Notes under the pieces: generated by a model
The model's database searches: none
What the model saw: the letters and a program-made list of their open reading frames with translations, nothing else
Told to the model about the DNA's origin: nothing
IMG/VR virus record: IMGVR_UViG_3300029922_000006
Source: a virus
Lineage: Duplodnaviria; Heunggongvirae; Uroviricota; Caudoviricetes
Length of the DNA stretch: 48,817 bases
Strand: one strand, 5' to 3'
Part shown: positions 1 through 7,898 of the stretch, piece after piece
Layout of the letters: each line of letters starts with the position of its first letter
Numbering within the stretch: position 1 is the stretch's first letter
Translations under genes and position numbers: made by a program

Positions 1-1
1 C

Positions 2-532
2 ATCGTTCGTGAAGTTGCTACCGGCGGTAGGGATTTTAAAGACGATAAGCTTAAATCCTACAAAGAACACGTCCTGAATAACCAAGCAATGAAGGACCGG
101 ATCCAGGGCGATGCAAAAGCCATGATGGATTCTGGTAAGGCTGTTCTCATCCTGGTCGATGAAGTTGCCCATGGAGAAGAACTATCTAAAGCTTTAGGTA
201 TTCCATTTGCTACCGGTCTAGACAAGAAGTCCCAAGATTACGTCGACCAGCTCAATGCCGGAAAGATCCCAGGATTGGTCGGGACGGATGGGAAGGTTGG
301 GGAAGGCACAGACACAAAGAATGTCGACTGTCTCATCCTGGCTAACTTCGTAGCTTCTAAAGGACCTGTGATTCAAGCTGTTGGACGTGGTCTTCGTATG
401 CAGGGCACTAAGACTAAGTGCTTAGTTCTTGACTATATTCCGACTGGGTCAACTATGTTATCCCGTCACGCAAACAACCGTCTCGCATTCTATGAAGAGA
501 TCACATCTAAGATAAAGGTAATTACCTTATGA
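2..532 (+). CDS. SF2 (UvsW/DEAD-like) helicase, C-terminal part, truncated by window start
   Basis: Frame open from base 2; motif V/VI-like VGEGTD and IQAVGRGLR, then VLDY. Confidence 0.8.
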   Translation: MVREVATGGRDFKDDKLKSYKEHVLNNQAMKDRIQGDAKAMMDSGKAVLILVDEVAHGEELSKALGIPFATGLDKKSQDYVDQLNAGKIPGLVGTDGKVGEGTDTKNVDCLILANFVASKGPVIQAVGRGLRMQGTKTKCLVLDYIPTGSTMLSRHANNRLAFYEEITSKIKVITL

Positions 533-756
533 TAAGATTCAAATCCCCTGAGTCTGAGTGGAAGATTCGCGCGGATCATCAAGCTGCCGCAAAATTGCAG
601 ATGGATATGTCTCTTGGATATGGCCAAGCGATGGGTCCAGTATCGCAAGCAGTATCAGATGCCATTGCTGCAGCAGTTACAGCTGGTATCAAGCGGGCCA
701 TAGAAGAGATGTATACGGACGAAGACTTTGAGCGCGATCTATCTTTAAGACCGTAA
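529..756 (+). CDS. hypothetical protein
   Basis: 75-aa ORF with ATGA overlap to the helicase stop. Confidence 0.6.
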   Translation: MIRFKSPESEWKIRADHQAAAKLQMDMSLGYGQAMGPVSQAVSDAIAAAVTAGIKRAIEEMYTDEDFERDLSLRP

Positions 757-830
757 TTCGGCCCCTATAAAACGCGTTCTAGGTGACAATCCTGGGCAAT
801 CATAGTTTTAAAGTAAGCTAGAATCCATAG

Positions 831-836
831 TATAAT
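831..836 (+). promoter_or_regulatory. -10 element 6 nt before lysozyme ATG (representative of a recurrent leaderless promoter class)
   Basis: TAGTATAAT-N6-ATG with no SD; same layout at 3132, 4084, 8879, 10631, 13202, 27838, 32625, 37726, 38862 and on the minus strand at 41764-41769. Confidence 0.7.
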
Positions 837-842
837 TAACTT

Positions 843-1376
843 ATGGAACGCGAAATTAACCAAGCTGGCCTCGATATGATTAAGTCCTTTGAAGGACTCA
901 AGCTGCATCCATATCCGGATTCGGTACATGTACCGACTATCGGCTATGGCACTATCATGTACAAAGACGGTCGCAAGGTTACTCTTCAAGATCCACCGAT
1001 CACTGAAGCAGAGGCTACCGATCTTCTTATGTGGGAGATCGATCAGAAGTGCGCAGGTATCGAGAAGTATGTAACCGCAACCATCAATGACAATCAATAT
1101 GCAGCTCTTGTTAGCTTTGCTTACAACCTGGGTCTTGGTGCATTACACGGTTCAACTCTTCTTAAACTATTAAATGCCAACGGTCCAAGTCAAGCAGTTG
1201 CTGACCAGTTCCTTAAATGGGACCATGCTGGTGGCGTTGCTGTTTCCGGTTTAACGCGCCGTCGTCAAGCTGAACATGCTCTTTTCATGCAACCCGTGGT
1301 ACAATCAGATGAACAGCCGTCGACAGAAGATGTTGATAGCAAACTACAAACCTTAGAGGACGATATTATGAAGTAG
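843..1376 (+). CDS. phage lysozyme/endolysin (GH24)
   Basis: IKSFEG, YPDSVHVPTIGYG (E-x8-D-x5-T catalytic pattern), ALVSFAYNLG, GLTRRRQAE. Confidence 0.93.
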   Translation: MEREINQAGLDMIKSFEGLKLHPYPDSVHVPTIGYGTIMYKDGRKVTLQDPPITEAEATDLLMWEIDQKCAGIEKYVTATINDNQYAALVSFAYNLGLGALHGSTLLKLLNANGPSQAVADQFLKWDHAGGVAVSGLTRRRQAEHALFMQPVVQSDEQPSTEDVDSKLQTLEDDIMK

Positions 1377-1446
1377 ATTCGCGAACCACCCTAAAACTCC
1401 ATTAAGAATCAGCTGTTTCCCCAACACTAACTTAACTGGAGATTAT

Positions 1447-1740
1447 ATGAAAACTCATTTACTTAAATTAAAGACCGATCTTAAAGCACTCGCTACCGAA
1501 ATCCGTAGCCTAAAATCGAAACGCAAAGAACTCCGTGGATACGTCCCGGGTCTTGAAAACGCTCAAGAAGCATTCCGTTCCGGCCACATTGCTTACTGCA
1601 TTCTTCGCGGTAAGACACTAGAACAAATCGAACCTAAACTTAGACATCCTGACAGCTGGCACCATGCCCGTGTTCGTAAGGAAGCTAATCGTATTGTTCA
1701 ATCTATTTTGGAGGTAGAGAATGCAGCCCCAAAGTCATAA
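1447..1740 (+). CDS. hypothetical protein
   Basis: GGAG SD upstream; 97 aa with HIAYCILRGKTLEQIE. Confidence 0.7.
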   Translation: MKTHLLKLKTDLKALATEIRSLKSKRKELRGYVPGLENAQEAFRSGHIAYCILRGKTLEQIEPKLRHPDSWHHARVRKEANRIVQSILEVENAAPKS

Positions 1741-2020
1741 ACTGTACATCCTCGTCGATAAGAAACTCACTCCTGCGCAGCGAGCTGTTCAAGCATGCCA
1801 TGCTGGAATTGACTTCGCGAAGAAGTTTCCCGAATGGCAACACCAGTCGGTTATCTTACTCGGGGTCGACGGAGAGATAGAGCTCATCGATAAAGCCGCT
1901 GAATTTGTTTTTGCGGGCCTACCGTATGCAACGTTTATTGAGAGCTATTGGAATAACCGCGTCACTGCAGTCGCCGTTCACGGAGCGGACGAAATGCTGA
2001 AGGATTTAGAGCTGTTATGA
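1721..2020 (+). CDS. peptidyl-tRNA hydrolase Pth2-like protein
   Basis: KLYILV..L...QRAVQACHA, VILL and TAVA match the Pth2 family pattern; GGAGG SD. Confidence 0.7.
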   Translation: MQPQSHKLYILVDKKLTPAQRAVQACHAGIDFAKKFPEWQHQSVILLGVDGEIELIDKAAEFVFAGLPYATFIESYWNNRVTAVAVHGADEMLKDLELL

Positions 2021-2090
2021 AAATACTAAACTTTAAATAGAAAACACCGATAGGTAATAACAACATGTTAATGCATCTAGTATAATGTAA

Positions 2091-2266
2091 GTGCACGGCT
2101 GCGTAAACAGAGGGTGACTTCGGATAGAGGATTGTAAAGAGTTTTACGGCGTTCTTTCCTTGATTTGTTGCCCACCTGCTAGTACCTATGCCGGAGTCGT
2201 TGGTCTCACAGCCTCGCTCGCAAGAGACGGCGGTTACAAAGTGTGGGAATAATCTAGCCCGTGCAC
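2091..2266 (+). ncRNA. putative structured non-coding RNA
   Basis: TATAAT at 2081-2086; closing stem GTGCACGGCT/AGCC(C)GTGCAC; internal helices; GCAA tetraloop; T-rich tail. Confidence 0.5.
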
Positions 2267-2282
2267 CTTTTCTTTTATCCAT

Positions 2283-2451
2283 GCCCGAGTATGCTCAGTG
2301 GTAGAGTGCTCAACCTGGGGAAACCGTTACCAGCCGTTTGATCAACGGTACATACGGGATCTCGGCTAAGAAAGCAGTCATGACGATGATTGTAAGTAAG
2401 AGTATAAAAGGAGTTGAGAGGTCGGTGGTTCGAATCCATCCTCGGGTACCA
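2283..2451 (+). tRNA. tRNA-like gene with 98-nt insertion in the anticodon loop (possibly intron-containing tRNA-Pro GGG)
   Basis: Acceptor GCCCGAG/CTCGGGT + A-CCA; D arm GCTC-AGTGGTA-GAGT; anticodon stem CTCAAC/GTTGAG; T arm GGTGG-TTCGAAT-CCATC. Confidence 0.75.
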
Positions 2452-2456
2452 ATTAC

Positions 2457-2531
2457 GCTCCATTAGCTCAGCGGTAGAGCAAGTCCCTCTAAAAGACCTG
2501 GTCGTGGGTTCGATCCCCTCATGGAGCACCA
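2457..2531 (+). tRNA. tRNA with CUA anticodon (amber suppressor type)
   Basis: 75-nt cloverleaf: GCTCCAT/ATGGAGC, A73, CCA; anticodon loop CT-CTA-AA (CTA at 2489-2491); stem mismatches present. Confidence 0.8.
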
Positions 2532-2537
2532 CTTAAT

Positions 2538-2876
2538 GTGAGTACACCACAGCACATCGGTAATGACTTTAGTAAGAGAGTTAAGTTAAATCTCATCCCG
2601 GGTGTTTCTCTGCCAATGGGTTTGTATCAGATCCAATTACAATACGTCACATACGATACCGTCACTCACATGACCCATTATAATTATTCTAGCTATATGG
2701 TAGACGGCAGATCTATTGAAATCTTTGTCGGTGCAGATGTTCGCGATATCACCTTTACATGTCAACGCCTTATGACCCAGGGCATGCCGACGGGTTATCA
2801 CCAGTATTCTCTGCGGGTTGACCGTCTTATTCTTCTCAACCTCGCCCATCAATTACTAAAGTCAAGACTTACTTAA
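2538..2876 (+). CDS. hypothetical protein
   Basis: 112-aa ORF with GTG start directly after the tRNA. Confidence 0.5.
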   Translation: MSTPQHIGNDFSKRVKLNLIPGVSLPMGLYQIQLQYVTYDTVTHMTHYNYSSYMVDGRSIEIFVGADVRDITFTCQRLMTQGMPTGYHQYSLRVDRLILLNLAHQLLKSRLT

Positions 2877-2893
2877 GTCAAGACTTACTTAAG
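2859..2893. repeat. tandem 16-bp direct repeat (AAGTCAAGACTTACTT)x2
   Basis: Exact copies at 2859-2874 and 2875-2890; each contains the inverted repeat AAGTC-AA-GACTT. Confidence 0.9.
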
Positions 2894-2955
2894 ACCCTAA
2901 TTGGGTTTGGAAGGGCCCTTGACTTTCTTCCTTAATCAGTATTTCTTTCTCTTGC

Positions 2956-2995
2956 CGAGCGCGTCTACGCGCTCGTGTGCGTGAAATCACGCACG
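2956..2995. repeat. two abutting perfect inverted repeats
   Basis: CGAGCGCGT-CT-ACGCGCTCG (2956-2975) and GTGCGTGA-AA-TCACGCAC (2977-2994). Confidence 0.85.
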
Positions 2996-3143
2996 TAGAG
3001 TAAGACTAATTTTCTCTGGTTAGATAGGTTAGCAAGGGGTAAATTCTTATCTCTTATGGTACCCGCGAGCAACAGCTTTTTAACTATGGTTTAAAAATAA
3101 ATATGAACCCCACTTTGGAAACCCCTAACAGTATAATCGCAAC

Positions 3144-3656
3144 ATGAATGATGATGTACAAGCCAAATTAAAAGCCCTGCGCGATAAAGCTTTCAAAATC
3201 GAAGTTCAAGTGAACGACGGCGGGAAACTGCCCAATAAAGTTCGTCACACTGACGCAGGTTTTGATCTCTTCGCAACAGAAGATATCACGTTGTTTCCAG
3301 GTCAGTCGGGCAAGACCCCACTGAACATTCAACTTAAGCTTCCGCCGAATACTTACGCTGAGATCACGACTAAGTCTGGTCTTGGTTCAAAAGGTCATGC
3401 CGTACGCGCTGGCATCATCGACGAAGAGTACCGCGGCGTTATCAATGTTATTCACTCTAATGTTAACATCATTGATCGCTTAGATGAAGATGGTATCCCG
3501 CTGATGAACACTTCACCTCTTGTTGTCAAGAAGGGCGAGAAACTTGCACAGTTAATCTTGCACCCTTACTCAAATCAATACTTCGTAGAACAGGTCGAAG
3601 TAATCGACACTAACACGTCACGAGGCGAAAATGGTTTCGGTTCAACAGGGAAGTAA
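3144..3656 (+). CDS. dut: trimeric dUTPase
   Basis: DAGFDL, KSGLG, GIIDEEYRG, LAQL, RGENGFGSTG motifs. Confidence 0.95.
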   Translation: MNDDVQAKLKALRDKAFKIEVQVNDGGKLPNKVRHTDAGFDLFATEDITLFPGQSGKTPLNIQLKLPPNTYAEITTKSGLGSKGHAVRAGIIDEEYRGVINVIHSNVNIIDRLDEDGIPLMNTSPLVVKKGEKLAQLILHPYSNQYFVEQVEVIDTNTSRGENGFGSTGK

Positions 3657-4083
3657 CGATCAGCTCACGCGAGACATAGTTAATGTTATGGGTCTGGGAA
3701 ATAATATCCAGGTTTACTACACTATTAATGCTCGCAACAATGTTGATACTATGTTCTCAATAGGTAGAGGTTCTGTCCACCAATATATGGGCGCACCAGA
3801 CGTCGATCTCGACCTAGACATCTATGTTAATCAAATGTCGCTTCTCAAGAAAGAAGATATCTTTCAAAAGCTAGAAGAGCGAATAAGCGCAATGTTACAC
3901 CATGTTCAAGGTGTATTCCTGCAACGCCAAATCTCTCCTTTTCGAGGAGAGCCAATCTACAGAATCCAATACAAGATCAAACTTATGGATTATGATTCCT
4001 TCTCAACTAAGCTTCATGAGTACGCTATGACTCAACTCGATCTAGAGTTTAGAGAAGTACTTGAGGAAACTTTAACAACATAG
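3631..4083 (+). CDS. hypothetical protein
   Basis: 150-aa ORF overlapping the dut end. Confidence 0.6.
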   Translation: MVSVQQGSNDQLTRDIVNVMGLGNNIQVYYTINARNNVDTMFSIGRGSVHQYMGAPDVDLDLDIYVNQMSLLKKEDIFQKLEERISAMLHHVQGVFLQRQISPFRGEPIYRIQYKIKLMDYDSFSTKLHEYAMTQLDLEFREVLEETLTT

Positions 4084-4096
4084 TATAATGTCAGGC

Positions 4097-4669
4097 ATGA
4101 AGCTTTGTTTGCAATGTAAAATCACTAAATCATTCGATGAGTTCCATAAGAGAACTAGATCAAAAGATGGTTTTCACCACTATTGTAAAACTTGTTGTAA
4201 TCAATATTATCAAAATAACTCTGAAACTAGAAAACTTTATAGCAAAAACTATAGGTTAGTGAATGCTCATATCATTTCTTCTAAAATGAAGAACTATTAC
4301 ACTAATAATATAGATTATCATAAAGAACTTAGACATACTTATTACTTAAGTAATAAAGTTAAAGTTAACTCTTATAACTCTCTTTATAGAAAAGACAATA
4401 AAGGTGTTTGTAACGCAGCTACGACTCATTATAGATTAGTAAAGAAAAAATCTACTCCACAGTGGCTATCTCAAGTACAGTTAGAGGATATTAAAGAGTT
4501 TTATAATCTGGCTCAAGACTTAGCTTGGCTTAATCAAGATGGAAAAGCTTTTCATGTAGACCATATTGTACCTTTACGGGGAAAAATTGTATGTGGATTA
4601 CATGTACCTTGGAACTTACAGCTATTACCTGGCGATTTAAACTTTAAGAAAAGCAATGGTTTCAAGTGA
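4097..4669 (+). CDS. HNH endonuclease (HVDHIVPL...GLHVPWNL type) with N-terminal CxxC module
   Basis: HNH motif; start placed at ATG 4097, 7 nt after TATAAT. Confidence 0.85.
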   Translation: MKLCLQCKITKSFDEFHKRTRSKDGFHHYCKTCCNQYYQNNSETRKLYSKNYRLVNAHIISSKMKNYYTNNIDYHKELRHTYYLSNKVKVNSYNSLYRKDNKGVCNAATTHYRLVKKKSTPQWLSQVQLEDIKEFYNLAQDLAWLNQDGKAFHVDHIVPLRGKIVCGLHVPWNLQLLPGDLNFKKSNGFK

Positions 4670-5427
4670 AATTAGATAATCTCTCCAGCCTATTCAACAC
4701 ATCAGTTCGTATCCAAGAATTGGACTCCCTAGACGCTGATGCTGTATGGCCGGCGAATACGGAGATCTGCATTACCCGCGTCCCTATTCGTAAGCGTGAC
4801 GGTTGGGATCCAAAGAAATTCGAAGAATTTGCAAAGCGTTTAAAAGCCAACATGGTTCCTAACGGGATCGTGTTCTTAATTTGCTATGCTCCTATTGAAG
4901 CTAAGTGGCGCCCATTTGAAGTTGCTAAGTTGATGGACGATGCAGGATTCAATCACGTTGATAACATAGTTATCAAAAAGACCTGGTTCCCTGGCAAGCG
5001 CTCAGAAACGAATCTCGTTAATTCCCACGAATATGTAATGCACTTCTGCAACGGCGATGTCTGGAAACTGGACCGCCTTCCGCTGCGCCAGTACATGAAA
5101 GTCCACGATGACTTATCCTGCCCAGGCAATACTTGGGAAATCGAGACGGGCTCCCTAGATGAGAGTTATCCGGTAGATTTAGCAGAGCTACTTATCCGTA
5201 TGACCAATTGTCTTCCAGGTTCTGTTGTGTTCGACCCTAATATGGGCGGAACAGGCTCACTCAGAGCTGCACTTAAATTAGGACATAGTTTCTTTGGGTT
5301 TGAGACTGATAAGAAACAGTTAAAGAAGTATGAGAAGGTTGTAGCTGATCATAACCAAGGTAAGTTAGACAATCCAGGTACAATCAAGCAAGCTAAGAAG
5401 GCTAAAGAAGAGGATGACTTCGAATGA
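4666..5427 (+). CDS. beta-class N4/N6 DNA methyltransferase-like protein, catalytic motif degenerate
   Basis: NSHEY, YPVDLAELLI, VVFDPNMGG, FFGFE; the expected ITSPPY/DPPY site reads ITRVPI. Confidence 0.75.
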   Translation: MKLDNLSSLFNTSVRIQELDSLDADAVWPANTEICITRVPIRKRDGWDPKKFEEFAKRLKANMVPNGIVFLICYAPIEAKWRPFEVAKLMDDAGFNHVDNIVIKKTWFPGKRSETNLVNSHEYVMHFCNGDVWKLDRLPLRQYMKVHDDLSCPGNTWEIETGSLDESYPVDLAELLIRMTNCLPGSVVFDPNMGGTGSLRAALKLGHSFFGFETDKKQLKKYEKVVADHNQGKLDNPGTIKQAKKAKEEDDFE

Positions 5428-5801
5428 GACCCACATGCGCATGTGGCAATTTAGTAGAAAAGACTGCTGTTAAGGTTGACGGTTCAAATTCTTGGGGAAA
5501 GACTTGTCGAACCTGCAGAGGTCGCACAAGATATGGAATCGTTAAGAGTTCTTCTTGTGAAGAGTGTGTGTTTATTGCGTTAGTTTCTTCTCAGTTAGAA
5601 ATTGATCATATTGATGGTGATCGAACTAATAATGACAAGTCTAACTTGAAAACACTATGTTGTAACTGTCATGCATTAAAGTCACACCTTATGAAGGACA
5701 TAAGGTTTGTCGGAGAAGATAACCCTTTCTTTGGTAAGAAACACTCAGAAGAAACTTTAAGTAAAATAAGAGCAGCAAGAAAGCAGCAAGGTAATAGATG
5801 A
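5424..5801 (+). CDS. HNH endonuclease with NUMOD3 motif
   Basis: LEIDHIDGDRTNN..SNL..LC.NCH; NPFFGKKHSEET. Confidence 0.88.
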   Translation: MRPTCACGNLVEKTAVKVDGSNSWGKTCRTCRGRTRYGIVKSSSCEECVFIALVSSQLEIDHIDGDRTNNDKSNLKTLCCNCHALKSHLMKDIRFVGEDNPFFGKKHSEETLSKIRAARKQQGNR

Positions 5802-7522
5802 TTTACGAGAGAAGTAAAGCTAAGCAAGTTGTTGTTAATAAAGATGATGTAAAGAGCATCGTTCATTCAACCATTAATGATATGGCTGCAATTATTGGAA
5901 CAACACTTGGCCCTGGTGGAAATCCAGTTATTATTGAGCGCGACAACTTGTCACCTTTAATTACTAAAGATGGTGTAACTGTCGCAAAATCTTATGGTGT
6001 CGAAAATGCAGCCGCTAACGTCATCGTTGATGCTGCTAAAGAGATCTGTTTAAAAACTGCTAAAGAAGCTGGTGACGGTACGACTACCGCTATCGTGCTT
6101 GCTAATGCCATCACGAAGAATGGATTGAATTTCCTTGCAAACAACCCCAAGTATAATCCTCAGCGGATGGTCGGTGAACTTAACCACCTATATTCTACTG
6201 TTATCACTCCCTACATTAAAGCAAATGCAATTCCAGTTAAAGGACGAGAGCAACTTATCTCTGTTGCAACGATTTCATCTAACGGAGATAAAGCTATTGC
6301 TGAAGCTGCGGTTACTGCTGTTATGGCTGCAGGAGATGATGGTCACGTTCTGATTGAAGAAGCTCAGGGCAATCAACTTAAAGTTGAGACCATGGACGGA
6401 TTCATTATCACTTCTGGTTTGAAAGATATCGGAGCTATTGGTCGAGTCTTCATCAATGATAAAGGTTTGCAACAGGTCAAGATGGACCACGGATTAGCAT
6501 TCTTATATGACGGATCCCTCAATGATCTTAAAGTACCTGGAGCGATCCAAGCAACTATCGAAGGTACCGAACTCTATGGTCTTCCTATTATGGTCTTCGC
6601 ACACAGCTTTGCTGATGTTGTTATGGAAGCTTTCGCCAAGACTACAAAGGGCGGTTACACAGTCGTTCCAGTAAAGACTCCAATGTCGGGTGTCGCAAAC
6701 TCACGTTCCTCTTTCTTGCTGGACATGTCAGCATACACTGGAGCTACGGTCTATGACCCCGGATCCCTCGAAAAGTTTATTACGGAAGACCGAGCGTCTG
6801 GCTTTGGCGCATTTGATTCTGCTAAAGTTGGCATGTATGAATCTGTCGTTCAGGGAATACCTGACGCTGAGCGAATTGACTCTCGCCTGGCTGAACTTAA
6901 ACATCTTATGGATGTGGCTCCCTCTGATTTTGATAAGATGCATATTAAGGCCGCTATCGGTAAGCTTACTGGCGGTATTTCGACTATTTGGGTCGGCGGT
7001 GGCTCTGATCTTGAAGCTCGTGAAAAACGTGATCGCGTTGAAGACGCGGTTGAAGCGGTGAAATCTGCTATCGCTGAAGGCATCTTGCCTGGCGGTTGTG
7101 CAGTTCAGCTTGTACTTGCAGACATGATTGAACATCACCCAGAGCGGAAACCTTCATGGGGAATCATGGCAAATGCATTAAAACAGCCTTTTCACCTGTT
7201 GCTTGACAACTGCGGTGAGTCTGTTGAAGAGATTTGGCCGATGATCCAAGATGCTTTCTTGGCACAGAACGGTCTTCCAAAGAAGATCTTCGATGCTCAA
7301 GCTCATGCGATCGTAGACCCTATTGAAGCCGGAATTATCGAACCTGCAAAGGTCTGCCGCGTAACAATTGGTAACGCCCTGTCAGTAGCTGCACTATTAA
7401 CTACATTGGGCGGAATAGTAGTTTCTCCACGTAATGCTGGCTTAGAACAACAACTTGAGTTATCGAAAGGTGCTTTTAAGGAAATGATGTCTGCAAGTAC
7501 AGGTCACGTTGGACAAGAGTGA
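5798..7522 (+). CDS. groEL: phage-encoded GroEL-like chaperonin
   Basis: TLGPGG, ITKDGVTVA, AGDGTTTA, RVEDAV, GILPGG, GIIEP. Confidence 0.93.
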   Translation: MIYERSKAKQVVVNKDDVKSIVHSTINDMAAIIGTTLGPGGNPVIIERDNLSPLITKDGVTVAKSYGVENAAANVIVDAAKEICLKTAKEAGDGTTTAIVLANAITKNGLNFLANNPKYNPQRMVGELNHLYSTVITPYIKANAIPVKGREQLISVATISSNGDKAIAEAAVTAVMAAGDDGHVLIEEAQGNQLKVETMDGFIITSGLKDIGAIGRVFINDKGLQQVKMDHGLAFLYDGSLNDLKVPGAIQATIEGTELYGLPIMVFAHSFADVVMEAFAKTTKGGYTVVPVKTPMSGVANSRSSFLLDMSAYTGATVYDPGSLEKFITEDRASGFGAFDSAKVGMYESVVQGIPDAERIDSRLAELKHLMDVAPSDFDKMHIKAAIGKLTGGISTIWVGGGSDLEAREKRDRVEDAVEAVKSAIAEGILPGGCAVQLVLADMIEHHPERKPSWGIMANALKQPFHLLLDNCGESVEEIWPMIQDAFLAQNGLPKKIFDAQAHAIVDPIEAGIIEPAKVCRVTIGNALSVAALLTTLGGIVVSPRNAGLEQQLELSKGAFKEMMSASTGHVGQE

Positions 7523-7896
7523 TGAGGACATGCGGTGTTTGCAAGACTTCTAAACCATTAGAGGAGTTTCATAACGATAAGAATAGGCCATTAGGTAAGT
7601 CTTATCGTTGTAAACCTTGTGGTTCTAAGCATAGAGATAAAGGCTATAGGAAATCTAAATACGGTCTGACTGAGGAAACCTTTCAGACTATGTATAAAGA
7701 ACAAGGATCGGCTTGTGCGATCTGTAAGAGAACTGATACTGGTGTGGCTAGAACTAAGATGCTTAGCATAGATCATAATCATGTGACAGGTAAAGTTAGA
7801 GGACTACTCTGTAACTGGTGTAATCAGGGGCTAGGTCATTTTAGAGATTCACCAGAGCTGTTAATTAAAGCAGCTGAATATTTGAAGAAGGAATAA
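7519..7896 (+). CDS. endonuclease VII-family HNH endonuclease
   Basis: KYGLT, Q...CAIC, IDHNHVTGKVRGLLC..CN.GLG. Confidence 0.88.
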   Translation: MMRTCGVCKTSKPLEEFHNDKNRPLGKSYRCKPCGSKHRDKGYRKSKYGLTEETFQTMYKEQGSACAICKRTDTGVARTKMLSIDHNHVTGKVRGLLCNWCNQGLGHFRDSPELLIKAAEYLKKE

Positions 7897-7898
7897 AT

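Noticed and set aside
2283-2451. tmRNA or group I intron interpretation of the interrupted tRNA
   Set aside because: Full D stem, C3:G70 rather than G3:U70, no convincing tag ORF; the 98-nt insert is too short and shows no recognisable group I core
2481-2498. Reading the second tRNA as Arg(TCT)
   Set aside because: That register destroys the GTC/GAC stem pairing and removes U33; symmetric pairing centres on CTA
1962-2532. Minus-strand ORFs 1962..2282 and 2275..2532
   Set aside because: Antisense shadows of the structured RNA and tRNAs; no protein-like features
2859-2893. Possible CRISPR mini-array
   Set aside because: Only two abutting 16-bp units with no spacers and no cas genes
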